Positions 11,466 to 22,675 of a stretch of 64,000 nt of DNA are shown piece by piece. Position 1 is the stretch's first letter, and every line of letters starts with the position of its first letter. The notes under the pieces are model-generated. The model did no database searches, was not told where the DNA came from, and saw only the letters and a list, made by a program, of their open reading frames with translations. The DNA comes from Tubiluchus corallicola (taxonomy: Eukaryota; Animalia; Priapulida): positions 1 through 64,000 of the forward strand of contig JAQGDQ010000070.1 of assembly GCA_030141605.1 (NCBI GenBank), in the 5' to 3' direction. Made by a program: the position numbers and the translations under genes.

Positions 11466-12473
11466 ATGTCAAATATTATTTTGTTTACATTCATTATGAA
11501 TTGGATAGTTCTGTATTGTGACAGTCAGACAATCATGGAAAACTCAACAGACAACAACAAGAATCGATCAGATGGAAATGTATTCACTTGGCAATACCAA
11601 TATTTTTTTGATGTAGTTTATGTTGTGCAACATATTATAGCAGTATTTATTGAACTAGCTAATTTGATAGTTATTATAGCTCTTGTGAAGTATAAACACA
11701 TGGAAGAGTATAACAACTGGTACATATGTAATCTCGCAGTGGCAGACTTGCTAACAGGATTGTATCTGCATGTTCTTTCATATAAGCTGCAATATCAATA
11801 TAACACGTTGTCCGACGGTCAATGTTTACTATTGTATCAGATTACCTCAGTTTTTAGTTATGTGTCAGTGGCAACATTATTGGCTGTTACAATAGACCGT
11901 TTTATTGTCATAAAATACCCACTAAGGTACAATCAACTGATGAAAAAATGGATAGTTCAGCTTACTATTGTGGTTTTGTGGCTGCATTCACTCGGTCTAA
12001 GTGCCATGATATATCTCAAAGACAGCTGGAAGGATAGCTGTGCATTTTTGAATCGGAACTTCATTATCCTGAATTTTATATATTGCATAATCATTACAGC
12101 AGTTTTGCTGGTTATAAATGTCAACATTATAGGTATTGCTCGAAGGCACATGCGTCAGATTGAACCAGATGCAGCAAGATCATGCAGGCATAACGTGAAA
12201 TCAGTCAAGATTATTGCTTTAGTTGTTGGTACTTTCATTTTGTGCTATTTTCCAGTAACTGCCGAAAATATCAGGAAGATGTTTGTCGCACAAAATGAAG
12301 ATAACATTGTATCAATCCAGGCTCGTAGCATTTGTGTTCTGCTGATGTATAGCAATTCATTTATGAACCCGATAATTTATGCATGGAAAAACAAAGAACT
12401 TCGAAAATCGTTCCGTAAAGTGCTTTGCTTGGACACCTTGAAAGAAATCTTCAGGAGGAATTCTATTGACTAG
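11466..12473 (+). CDS. Class A orphan GPCR, array copy 5
   Basis: Intact ORF with the same motifs. First ATG at 11466. Confidence 0.95.
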   Translation: MSNIILFTFIMNWIVLYCDSQTIMENSTDNNKNRSDGNVFTWQYQYFFDVVYVVQHIIAVFIELANLIVIIALVKYKHMEEYNNWYICNLAVADLLTGLYLHVLSYKLQYQYNTLSDGQCLLLYQITSVFSYVSVATLLAVTIDRFIVIKYPLRYNQLMKKWIVQLTIVVLWLHSLGLSAMIYLKDSWKDSCAFLNRNFIILNFIYCIIITAVLLVINVNIIGIARRHMRQIEPDAARSCRHNVKSVKIIALVVGTFILCYFPVTAENIRKMFVAQNEDNIVSIQARSICVLLMYSNSFMNPIIYAWKNKELRKSFRKVLCLDTLKEIFRRNSID

Positions 12474-13141
12474 TATGCACCAGACTACACCTTTCTGCTT
12501 TAACACCACTTTCTTCAGTAATGTACGTAAGCAGTTAGCACGGTTTCCATACAATGCAAAACTGTTAACAACATTGCTGTATGTAAATATCTGCATCATG
12601 AGCAACAGAATAACCAGGCGTAACTATCAGCCTGATCATCGTCATCAGCCAAGTTTATGGAAAAGGGAAAAGAACTAACATTGAGCTGTATCTGCTAGTA
12701 ATGTAAATTCACTAGATGCCATTTTTGTTTTTTGTCTTTGCGTTATATAGACAGGACTAAATACATGTGGTAAATATATTAGATGCAATTTTGATTTTCT
12801 TGATTTAGTTTAATGGAATAAAATAATTAATGGCAGGCTGCTAAAAAGGTTAGATATTAATATTATCATTTTATTATCTTTGTTTTAAAAAATAATAAAT
12901 TGGATTATTTAATGCAAGCTACATAAAGTGAATGACTATATGTAAATTTCACTGTTTTCCATTGACTTTAAGTAAAGGACTAACAGTAAGATATATAATG
13001 CAAAAGTTAAATGTCGTCTTCACTGTCTTCATTTTCATGTTGCAGAAAAACAGTGAGTTGGATAAAATAAACTTGGTAAATGTAGTTTTTGTTCCTTAAA
13101 AAGTAAAAACAAGTCGTGTAACACAAGTTTATTAGATGTAA

Positions 13142-13836
13142 TGTGCTGGACAGTGCTGCCCTCTCAGGCCAACAGGCAGTTACCTCAACTTACCTGTCAG
13201 GTGATTTCATGGTTGGTGACTTTAGGTACCTGGCTTTGTGAAATGCTGCAGACACTTGGCCTTGATATGTTGGGGCTGGTCACATGTAATTTGTAGAACT
13301 TGTGTCTTATTGAGTTAATTAAATTGTTTCCTGCAGTCTGCAGTTGCAATTGGTGTTTATTGTCAATTTGCTGTTACAGTTCTCTAAGGGTGCTCTAATG
13401 TTTGGGCAAGAATGTGAGATATTTTTATTTAATTTAATAATTTTTGCAGTTTTGATTAGCTACTGGAATTAACTGTATATGTGAAATGAATGTGTTGTAA
13501 TGGCAAGTTATTACTGCGTAATGTTACTTTATGTAATTTATTTGTGTGGTATTCACATTGAAATATTAAAGCAGTTCATTAATTTATTTAAGTAATCACA
13601 ACATTGATAATTGTATTAACTAAAATTAAGTTGGAGTTTTATATTAAAATATTTGCAAATGTACTAATTTGAAGTCATTATTTTCACAAAATGTGCAGCA
13701 ATTTATTCATTTACATTTATGTATTTTTTAACAGAATAAACAACTAATGTATACACTTATGTCTGGACTTGGTGTTTGGATTGGAATGTTTGAGCATTCT
13801 TGGGCATTCTTGATGAAATGGGTTATGAATGCTACA
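13142..13836 (+). mobile_element. Solo LTR (695 bp, TGT...ACA) with 5-bp TSD TGTAA
   Basis: tgtaa|TGTGCTGG...GAATGCTACA|tgtaa, with TSDs at 13137-13141 and 13837-13841. Internal AATAAA at ~13735. The segment is absent from the paralogous spacers near 250 and 7920. Confidence 0.8.
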
Positions 13837-14001
13837 TGTAACTTTTGTTTCTTTGTCTTTAATTTACATGAAGGATGAGCAGTGATGTAATTTAGTGTAA
13901 ATTTACTAAATGTGTTTCCATTTTCTCCCTTTCAATTTACATTCTTACCTGCCATGCTGATAAATACACTGGGGCATTTTTTATTTTGTTTAATTTCTTA
14001 C

Positions 14002-14163
14002 CTTTAACGTGCTGCAGGGTCTTCGTGGATTCGGTTTGTTCTGGAGGAAGAGATTTCCGTGAATGCTTCTGCTCGTGTCCTTGCTGGCCGTGTGATCTTC
14101 GAATGACAGGTGCTGCCACCTCGACAGCCGTTCCATCATCAACTGATCTCTCGACGTGTGAAC
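14002..14163 (-). CDS. CCDC88: CCDC88 (Girdin/Daple-like) exon, C-terminal low-complexity region; last exon recognised in the window
   Basis: ttgttag|GTTCACAC...GTTAAAG|gtaaga; 162 nt, phase 1-1, open frame SHVERSVDDG...TLQHVK, compatible with the phase-1 end of the 20708 exon. No direct homology recognised. Confidence 0.7.
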
Positions 14164-17100
14164 CTAACAAAGCAATGTCAGTTAAGAGCTTGTCTGGGTA
14201 TTTTATATGGTAAAGTGCAATCAAGTAGGGATTAAACTGATAGTCAAGTCACAAACACGTCTGTCACTAATGCAAATCAAGCACGGGCATAGTATGAAAA
14301 GTTAGAAAAAAGGTTTCCACATTTGCCTGGTGCATTCAAACTAGAGAGTTTTCTCACACAAGTTATTGTAGACAAGCATTATTCGTTGTAAGAACTTTCA
14401 GAGAGAAACTGCGAGAGAATGTGCGAAAGCATTTGCGAAAGAAAACCCTCTAGTCTTAGCGCTTTTTGACACTTGTCTGCAACTACTTGTCAGAGAATTA
14501 GCGAGGCTAGGCATGTCATATTTAATATGAAAGATTCTCATTACATTAGATATGAATGATTTTTAAAAATGAGTGCAACTCAACAGTAGCCTATCAATTT
14601 GTTAATCTTTGCAAATCCCAAAGGTCAAATGAATAATTAGGCGACTGCATCATAAAGTAAAAAGACAAAGTCTTTGATTGACTAGAATCAAAGAAAAACA
14701 TTTATTGTAACCCAGAACTGTGGAAAATGTGCACCTTAGCTGGATCTAAATTAGTTTAATCCATTTCAATAACAATAATAACAACGTACATAGTTTCGAA
14801 ATACCTACCCTTTAAAAACCAGGAAATGACTCTTCAATACATTAAAGAAAGTAAATTGAGTTACTGTGAGACTGCAATTCAATATACACGCGAAATCACT
14901 TACACTCATATAAGTTTTTAAATTTGAAGTGATAGTATTTGGCAAGCCCAAGGTTTATTTTTATGTTTCCTACATACTGACACGTTACAAGTAACAAGGC
15001 AGCTTAGAAATGTGTAAGACGGCAAAATTTCTTGGTTTTGTTAGAATGACTTCCGAAGTTTTTCTCGCCAACTATCAGTTTTAATTAAAAGACAACGATG
15101 ATGAAACATTTAAAACTTTCAATCTCAAGTTTCCCAAATGGCTAAGATTGCAAGCTCTTGCTTCTTGGGAACTGCCACAGTTTTCACCTCAATCAAACCC
15201 ATAATACTATAATGTGAAACGAATATGCAGGAAATAAAATCGACCGAATTGAAGTGAACTGTTATATTGTTTTTCCACATTTTTATGAACATAAATTACA
15301 CTGTTTTTTATTGTTAGTTGTTACTTGCTAACCTACTATTTATTGAGAACAAAACATGTACCTAAAAGGGTTGTTCTGTAAATGCTCAACATTATATGGA
15401 AAAACGAGCATTTCACGCTTCTCGTCCTTCAGAACAAATCTTTAAAATCTGCTGTATATGGGTGAAGGTTCAGAAAACATTGTGCATCTTTTTCCTAAGA
15501 TCTTAATGTTACACTAAGCACAGTGCAAAACAGTTCACCATTAGACACTTTCTTTGCAATAAGTTAGAAAAGCAGTGGAAAAAGAATTCGTGTTTTTGTG
15601 CAGTTGAAAATTAATTACATGTAAGATTGATAATTAATAAGACTGCTTCAGGCACAAGACTATCGAAATTATTTGAACTATGAAAGTAAAATAAAATAAT
15701 ATAGCATGTTTATTAAAAAAAGGTACAAAATATACAGAAAACATCAGCAATATCAGCATGCTTAATAATCTAAATACACACTACGGTACATCTCACAATA
15801 TTACCACTGATATTAATATTCATACAACTTCAGTCACCCAAACTACCATTAAAGTTACTAATTAAAATTCCATGCTACTTTAAGTTAATTAACACAATAT
15901 TAAGGCATTAGATTGAATTAAAGAAGCTTTCATTTGAACAAATATTTTACTCAGGTGACTACATTTCATAAATATCATAGCAACTATAAAGTAAGAAGGC
16001 AGTAGTATACAACTAAAAAGCATGCTTCGCTTTTAACTCACAACTTAGCGGCACAAATATTTTGATTTTCAAAAAGCGACAAAAACCAAGCACACAAAGC
16101 TAAAGGGCTTTTTCAAAGACGCAAAAACTTAACACAACCAGAACATAACTTAATGCAAAAATAAAAAAATAAATACAGAAAGCTTTTTGCAACAAACAAT
16201 AACATTAATTAATTAATTTATTTACTAAGAAAGATAAGACTAGAAAAGCATTTCTTCATAAATTATTAGTTGAAGGCACTGAAGCCAAGTTAAGTTAATA
16301 GTAGCACCGGGAAGGGATACAAAAATGCAGCATCTATGGCTTCTTAAATACCAGAAATAGCAACTTGATGCAACCAGAATTTTAAATAAGAAACATCAAA
16401 CTTAGTTTAATGTGCGCAACAGCGCAAAACCAATTCATTTCAAGTATTGGTATTTAAGAATGCAGTTTTACTTTGCAGCGGTTCCCAATCCAATTTCAGC
16501 AAGACCAAAAAGGGAATCATTAATAAAATTTTTCAAGAAAACTAAATAGATAAAATAATAAAACGAAACTAAACTAACCACTTACACAGTAGAATAAAAT
16601 ATGCTGTACATGTTACGGTACTGCTTAAAAGTCTACAGTTGGTTAAGCTTTCAAAGAAATGTTGTTCACTTAGTGTACAATCCGTTGTAACGAAGGATTA
16701 ACAGGTCATTCTATTAGATTAAAATTTAATTACAGAATCAGGCGTTTCTTTTTTGAAAACGTTAATGGAAGTTTAGCTTTGTACTTGTGATGAATAATGT
16801 AGTGATTATTATAAGCTTATCAAGTTGTAAGTAGCTCTGCTTTTTATAGTGGGATTACAAACGACGTAAAAATTGTACGCTTTTGCATGATTCAAAACAT
16901 CACACAATACAGGTATGGATGTTATTATAACACTTTTAAATTTGCTTTATAATTTTAGATAAATGTGTCTATATATAATACAATGATGTCAAATGAAGAG
17001 AGAGAATAATCTTTAATAGCAGAGAGTGATAAAGTATAAAATGGGAGAAAAACTTGGTCGAAATTGCTTTTCCTGTAGATGAATGTTCCACATTTACACC

Positions 17101-19090
17101 TCAAATTAGCTGTATATAACAAGTTCCAGGAAAGCAATGAATAAAGTTTAAGCGTTTACTACTTACTATAACTAGTCAAGACAAACTGCTTAATTACAAA
17201 AGAATTTTCCTGGCAAAGTTTCCGATATAGGTTTATGATGCACGGAGAAATAGACATTGGTTTACAATGAATCAGAAATTTTTTACCTTTACCAAATCAT
17301 TTAAAGTAAGGTCGTCTGCATGAAAGTACCGATCGAAAAGGGAATATTCGATGCAATTATTTTCGCTGAGCAACATTTTGATTTTGCCGTATATTTTTCT
17401 TTTCGCCGTATGGATTTTCTTGTAAGCCGTATTGGGCCAAAAATGCATTTTTCCCGTACAGCAATACGGCCAAACCGTATAGGTTGACAGGTATGCAAAT
17501 GTCGAAGATATTTTGCTGTTAATAGACATTGGTTTACAATGAAACAGAAATTTTTTACCTTTACCAAATGTCGAAAATATTTTGCTTAACAGCCTATTTT
17601 TAGTTCATTTTGCTAAGACATTACGTTTACCTTTTCACACAAGAATAAAACAGTGCAAGTCAAAAGTTGCTACACTGATTTATCAGCATAGTAAAGCATC
17701 CTTTTACTTAACTCGTTTAGGTTTCACTGTGACTAAGGAACAATGAAATAAAAGGATTTTTAATATTAAAATTCAACATTGAAATTCAATCCAATTCTAA
17801 CCAGAAATAAAACAGCTAAATCTTTTATCATCGAAAAAATTGGCGAAATTGTAAAAATGCCAATCACGCATTGCATATTTGCTGCAATACAAAATTTTAT
17901 TTTTTTCTTGTTGCTTCAATTTAAACTAAGTTGATGAATGATGACTAAAAACAAACTTATAGAATGCTATTAAATGGAGCTGGTGTTTGATACTATTGTG
18001 CCGCACAATAAATGTTTGAAACTGTAGCATGAACTTTTGATGCACCATGTATGAGACTAAGGTATGACATTTATATATTTTTTTTATGTTTTTGTTTACA
18101 TTTTGGGAGTACGTCTTGCATGTATTAAGAATTTAAATGTTGTTGGTATATGCATCATATCCCACAGCATTTATGTTTTTCATCTTATGATCCATTTTTT
18201 AAGGTTGTACGCAATTACATTGATTTTAGTAATTTTGCAGAATTTAATGGATGATATTATTTGTCGACAAAACTAATATTCTCAATCTACACTACTTATT
18301 AGCCAATAATAAATATATTAAACTGCTAACTTTCATTAGTGGCATTTTAGCAGCGAGATATTGCAATCTCAAATGTATAATTGTATACCTTATAGATTAC
18401 AACAGCAGCATACTGTTTAAAATTTGTAAAAAAAAACTTCAATTGGTATTAGATTTTGTTAATGTGGTTGAGACTTTACAGTTTTACTCTGTAAGCAGAT
18501 GCCTGTTAAAGTTGTTATTGCTATATTTTGATAACATGAAGAACAGATACCATTATGGCAACTAAATGTTTCAATCAAGCAGCAAAAGAATTCCCACTAC
18601 TGAAGCAGACAACGAATACTATTAAAAAGAACTCAGCATGCACACGTCATGCAAAGTCAGCCACAGATTCATGCAAAGCAGCTAGGCATAATCACTGAAA
18701 GAAGAAATGAGTAGCATTAGTAAGTCACATGAGGTAGGACCGATCACCCAACCGGACGAAAACACCGCCACCAGAACCAATGCATCACAGAACACGAAAA
18801 ATGGCCAACAAAACGGTAGAAAGCACAAGACGCCACTTTGGTAGCAAGCCAGACAGTCTCTGGGTGGGATGAACTGCGTGCAAACTACCTGTTTTGCTGC
18901 TGCACGCTCGACGACGGTGACCGGAAAAATACGGACCCCAACGGACGAGCGTGCACGTTATATGACTGTAATTCAAGATGTACAAAATAAACCGCCTGTC
19001 AAAAACAAATGAAATGCAATCAGTCAGAGACGATTGAGTTGGTGGACAGTGTCAAAGATTTATCCGGTCTGAGACACGAGTACAGATTAC

Positions 19091-19117
19091 ATGTCCTGCG
19101 GACGTGATCGCTGGTAT
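19091..19117 (-). CDS. CCDC88: Candidate CCDC88 27-nt alternative exon, or start of an alternative terminal exon (stop at 19020)
   Basis: Strong acceptor tttatttctttcag|ATACCAGC; weak donor CAT|gtaatc. Phase 1 frame reads TSDHVRRT. Confidence 0.35.
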
Positions 19118-20707
19118 CTGAAAGAAATAAAACGTGACAAACGTGAGATTAAAAGACGCGCATGCATCATGCAGTGCTAGTACCACACAAGAGGTTGGTA
19201 AGGGATGTGGGAACAAGGGAAATAGATATAAGAGCATAGGAGAGATGTAGCTTTGCGTTTCAAGAAAAACCGCAGAAACAGCATTATAAAAACATCGATG
19301 AAGAGTGAAAAAACAGTGAATGAATGAATAAGTGAGTGAATGAATAGGTAACAAAAAAATTGGCTGAGAAATAATTCAGCATGAAAATGACTCAATGTTT
19401 AAAAAACTTGCAGCTAACAATTTTGAGAAGATTAAAAAACCTATGGTATGCTTTTTTGTCACCAAAAATGGTTGAGAAAACCGGATAAATGTGAAAACAG
19501 TTAATGAACAACAAAAACCAGCATAAATCAGCAATGTTTATGACAATTACTAAAAAAAACAAAAAGAAAGCTTAAGTTAGAATGTGTTGCTACATGGCAC
19601 ACATTTATATATGTATGCATCACTTTTACAACTTTTACATTTCGAAAAACTGCAATATTATAGGATGAACATGATGGAAAATGAACAAAGTTAAAGAGGG
19701 TTTAATAATAAACAACAATGAACAATATGAACAATGTCGATGAACAAAATGATAATGAGCATGATCAATGCAATCAGCATACACTTTAACGATAATCACT
19801 ATCTCAGGCAATGATGACTTATGATAGAAAGCAAAAAACAAAATGCTAGTAACATTCCAGATTTTCTTTCAAAGACATTCTCTAATGCATGCTCTAAGAA
19901 ACATGCTTGAGATGGTTAATACCGTACATGTTATTAAATTAATTTCAATAATGAAAAGAAAATAAAACCTCTCAAATGTATAACAATGAAACAATGCCAA
20001 ATTTGGAATCAATCCGTTCCATAATTTGTCATTGTTTTCCCATTCTTTGTCAATTAATACTGTTTATGTACAATCAAAAACATGTTTAACGACATGCTTT
20101 CTGTTAATGTTGCAAACAAAGCTTCCAATCAGAACAAAACATGATGTAAACATGTTGCATTGTTTTTTAGTTTTTTTTGAAAAGTTAATGATTAAAAATG
20201 AGTAACAAGCAGGACTGAAACGAGGCTTTAAATGACGTAAATCAGTAGGCAATGTTGTTAGCAGAGAATGTTACTTAATTAGGAAGCCTTGGGAAAAAGG
20301 TTAAAGCTTTGGAAACAGAAGACGAACATAGACCACAAACAAAACAACCACAGCTTTGTGTTTATGTCAAACAACCATAGAGTCAACTAGTGGCTGTTAT
20401 CACGTGAAGTTTTGAAGAATTGTATTAGTGTATTATAGAACAGTACGAGTTAAGAGCGATGTTAATATTAGTATTGTTAACTTGTCAGTGAGCCAAAAAT
20501 GTGCCGAAATGTCAGTGCAGATAGAGCATAAGAATAAAATAGTGTTACAACCCATCAGCAAGGTAGCATGCAAAAACTTATTGTTCTTGAATGATGTTTC
20601 ACTAAAGTTGAAAATACCTTTGTCACTCATCTGTTTCAAAAGCAGCTAAATAATTATAAACAACGGTGTAACTAATAAATACACAACAAATATTTGAAAC
20701 AACCTAC

Positions 20708-20816
20708 TTGCTACTACGTCTGCTGAGGACAGCGACGATGTGTCAATTCCATCAGATTCTTCGAATGATTCCTTTCTGCTGCCCCTTACTGCAAGCGTTG
20801 TTTCTTTCCGATGAGT
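20708..20816 (-). CDS. CCDC88: CCDC88 exon
   Basis: ttttctag|ACTCAT...GCAA|gtaggt; 109 nt, phase 0-1; THRKETTLAVRGSRKESFEESDGIDTSSLSSADVVA. Confidence 0.75.
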
Positions 20817-21154
20817 CTAGAAAATGGGCAAAAACATTCAAAAAGTTAGCCTAGAAGTACACCAGACAATGTGGCCATCATTTCACACGGCATGCTGCGA
20901 TACATATTGAATAAAAATGTTGCAAAAAACATATTATACAACAATGTAACTCTAATAAGCTGTTGCATCAGTATAATCATGTTCAGCTTGTAAGTGATTA
21001 CTAAACTTGATTTTTACCAAAAATTTCCAAGACCCAATTTCTATGGCAGAGTGCTTTAAGGCAAAAACTTTAAAACCAGAATACTGAAGAAGGCCAAATT
21101 CATGCATTACTAAAAAAGTAAGATTATGTAATTAATGTTGTAGAAGGAACTTAC

Positions 21155-21190
21155 TAGTGGAGCTGAGATGACCAAGTTGTCATTCTGGTG
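21155..21190 (-). CDS. CCDC88: CCDC88 36-nt small exon (probably alternative)
   Basis: ctaatgctctttctttttcctgctgcttcctag|CACCAG...CCACTA|gtaagt; HQNDNLVISAPL, phase 0-0. Confidence 0.7.
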
Positions 21191-21387
21191 CTAGGAAGCA
21201 GCAGGAAAAAGAAAGAGCATTAGTTAAGAAGAAATAAGAGAATGTAAATATAGCAAAATAAGTTAAAAGCTATGTAAATAATAGTAGTAAAGAAAAGGAA
21301 AACAGTAAAGTTTGGTCAGCTTAGTGAAACACAATCTGTTCCAAGAAATAATGCCCGAAAAACTGACAAACTTGTAATTAATTTTAA

Positions 21388-21967
21388 AACAAAACCAGAC
21401 TCAATCTTAAACTGCAGGTCAAAACAACCTGCTCTTTAAAATATTGAAAGGAAACATACTATTTTTAAAGAATGACTTACGCAAAAGAATTATTACCACA
21501 CAAACACAATTTCATGTTTGCGCGGCTAGTTCCTCGCTGTTACATGCATTTCTCCATTCGCTAGTTAGACGGGCACTAGCGCCTGTATTTTGGAAATGCA
21601 TTGCACAAAAAACAGGTGCTGTACCTTTCAGTTCAGCACACGTTCCTCAGCTCTTGAGTGAGCACAGCAAATTTGAAATTTGCATTTTTATCTTAAAACT
21701 TGCTCTGTTTTAGTACAACACACTGAAAATCTTACAGTAGGTCTGTACTCCAATTTTCGCTTTCGCAAACACTCATAGAATGTTTTTGCTGTTGTAAATT
21801 ATGTTAGTTTGTGATGTCACGAATAGTTGGGCTCTCCATAGTTAATTAAGTTTTTAATCTATTATTTAATTATCAGAAACGCTTTTGTAGTATTAATTGC
21901 GCTAAAATGTATAGTTTTTATTGGACTTGAAAATGAAGTAGTGTGTGAAAAATCATCCTGTCTTCCT
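21388..21967 (-). mobile_element. Non-autonomous DNA transposon, TTAA-flanked (Kolobok-like), family 1 copy A
   Basis: Full-length inverted homolog at 59747-60343. Both copies are bounded by TTAA and have imperfect short TIRs (AGGAAGACAGGA at one end, about AGCAAAACCGGA at the other). Confidence 0.8.
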
Positions 21968-22148
21968 TTAAATATGAAATTCGCACGTAAGTACAAGCAT
22001 CGACTGATAACAAAAATTTAGGACATAGATAAACTAAAGTTCAACAACTATAATTTTCGATACATTTTCGCATCTCTTAAGCCACATTTTGCATCACTTA
22101 TAAATCAATTATAAACTCCTCCTATTAAGGAGTCATCAAAAGGTTTAC

Positions 22149-22160
22149 CTCCAATTGCCT
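22149..22160 (-). CDS. CCDC88: Candidate CCDC88 12-nt microexon
   Basis: ttttgtttactgctttcag|AGGCAATTGGAG|gtaaac; RQLE in phase 0, frame-preserving. Confidence 0.5.
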
Positions 22161-22626
22161 CTGAAAGCAGTAAACAAAATAATAATAACATAAAGAAATG
22201 TACGGAAATTAACAAGTTTTACAGAATCACAATATAAACAGGAAAAGCCACAGGTGCATTTGGCAGTAAATATAGCAGAGTGTAAAGTTTGAAGTGTAAA
22301 GAAAGATGAAAAACATACATTTAAAGCACTGCAGAAATAGAGTAAGCTATTATAAAGCAGATGTATCTAATAAATTTGCTAAAAGTATCTAGAATATTTG
22401 GATCAATATGCAACTGTAAACTGTTGAATAAATGAATCACCATAATGTTGCAATGGACCAGTTCAAAGTGTATGGCATATAAAGATATATATATATGATA
22501 TATATATATAATGAATTGTAGGATAACTGATGACTGAATTCTGCAAATTTTTTTCCATCTTTTTATTTTGCTTCTATTTATAATTTACTTTACATACTGC
22601 TTCCATTTGTATTTTACTTTACTTAC

Positions 22627-22675
22627 CCGTGAAATGAAGCCCTTTGCTTTACGAACTATTCCTCCTAGTTTTTTC
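22627..22675 (-). CDS. CCDC88: CCDC88 exon (basic segment after the coiled coil)
   Basis: ttttttag|GAAAAAA...TCACGG|gtaagt; 49 nt, phase 2-0; KKLGGIVRKAKGFISR, at the position of the basic segment of vertebrate Girdin. Confidence 0.8.

Larger units (their letters stand above)
1..14020. repeat. Tandem segmental duplication block carrying the GPCR array
   Basis: Spacer 1-~940 recurs at ~7667-8590 and (interrupted) at ~12867-14020. Spacer 2136-3346 recurs at 4358-5662 and, more diverged, at ~10400-11465. 6677-7040 resembles 9782-10280. Confidence 0.92.

Noticed and set aside
1125-12473. Assignment as opsin, biogenic-amine or adenosine receptor orthologs
   Set aside because: No Lys7.43 and no Asp3.32; only generic class A similarity is visible, so no symbol was given.
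18785-18985. GC-richer ORF-like stretch in the CCDC88 3' region
   Set aside because: Acceptors nearby give immediate stops in the required phase 1.
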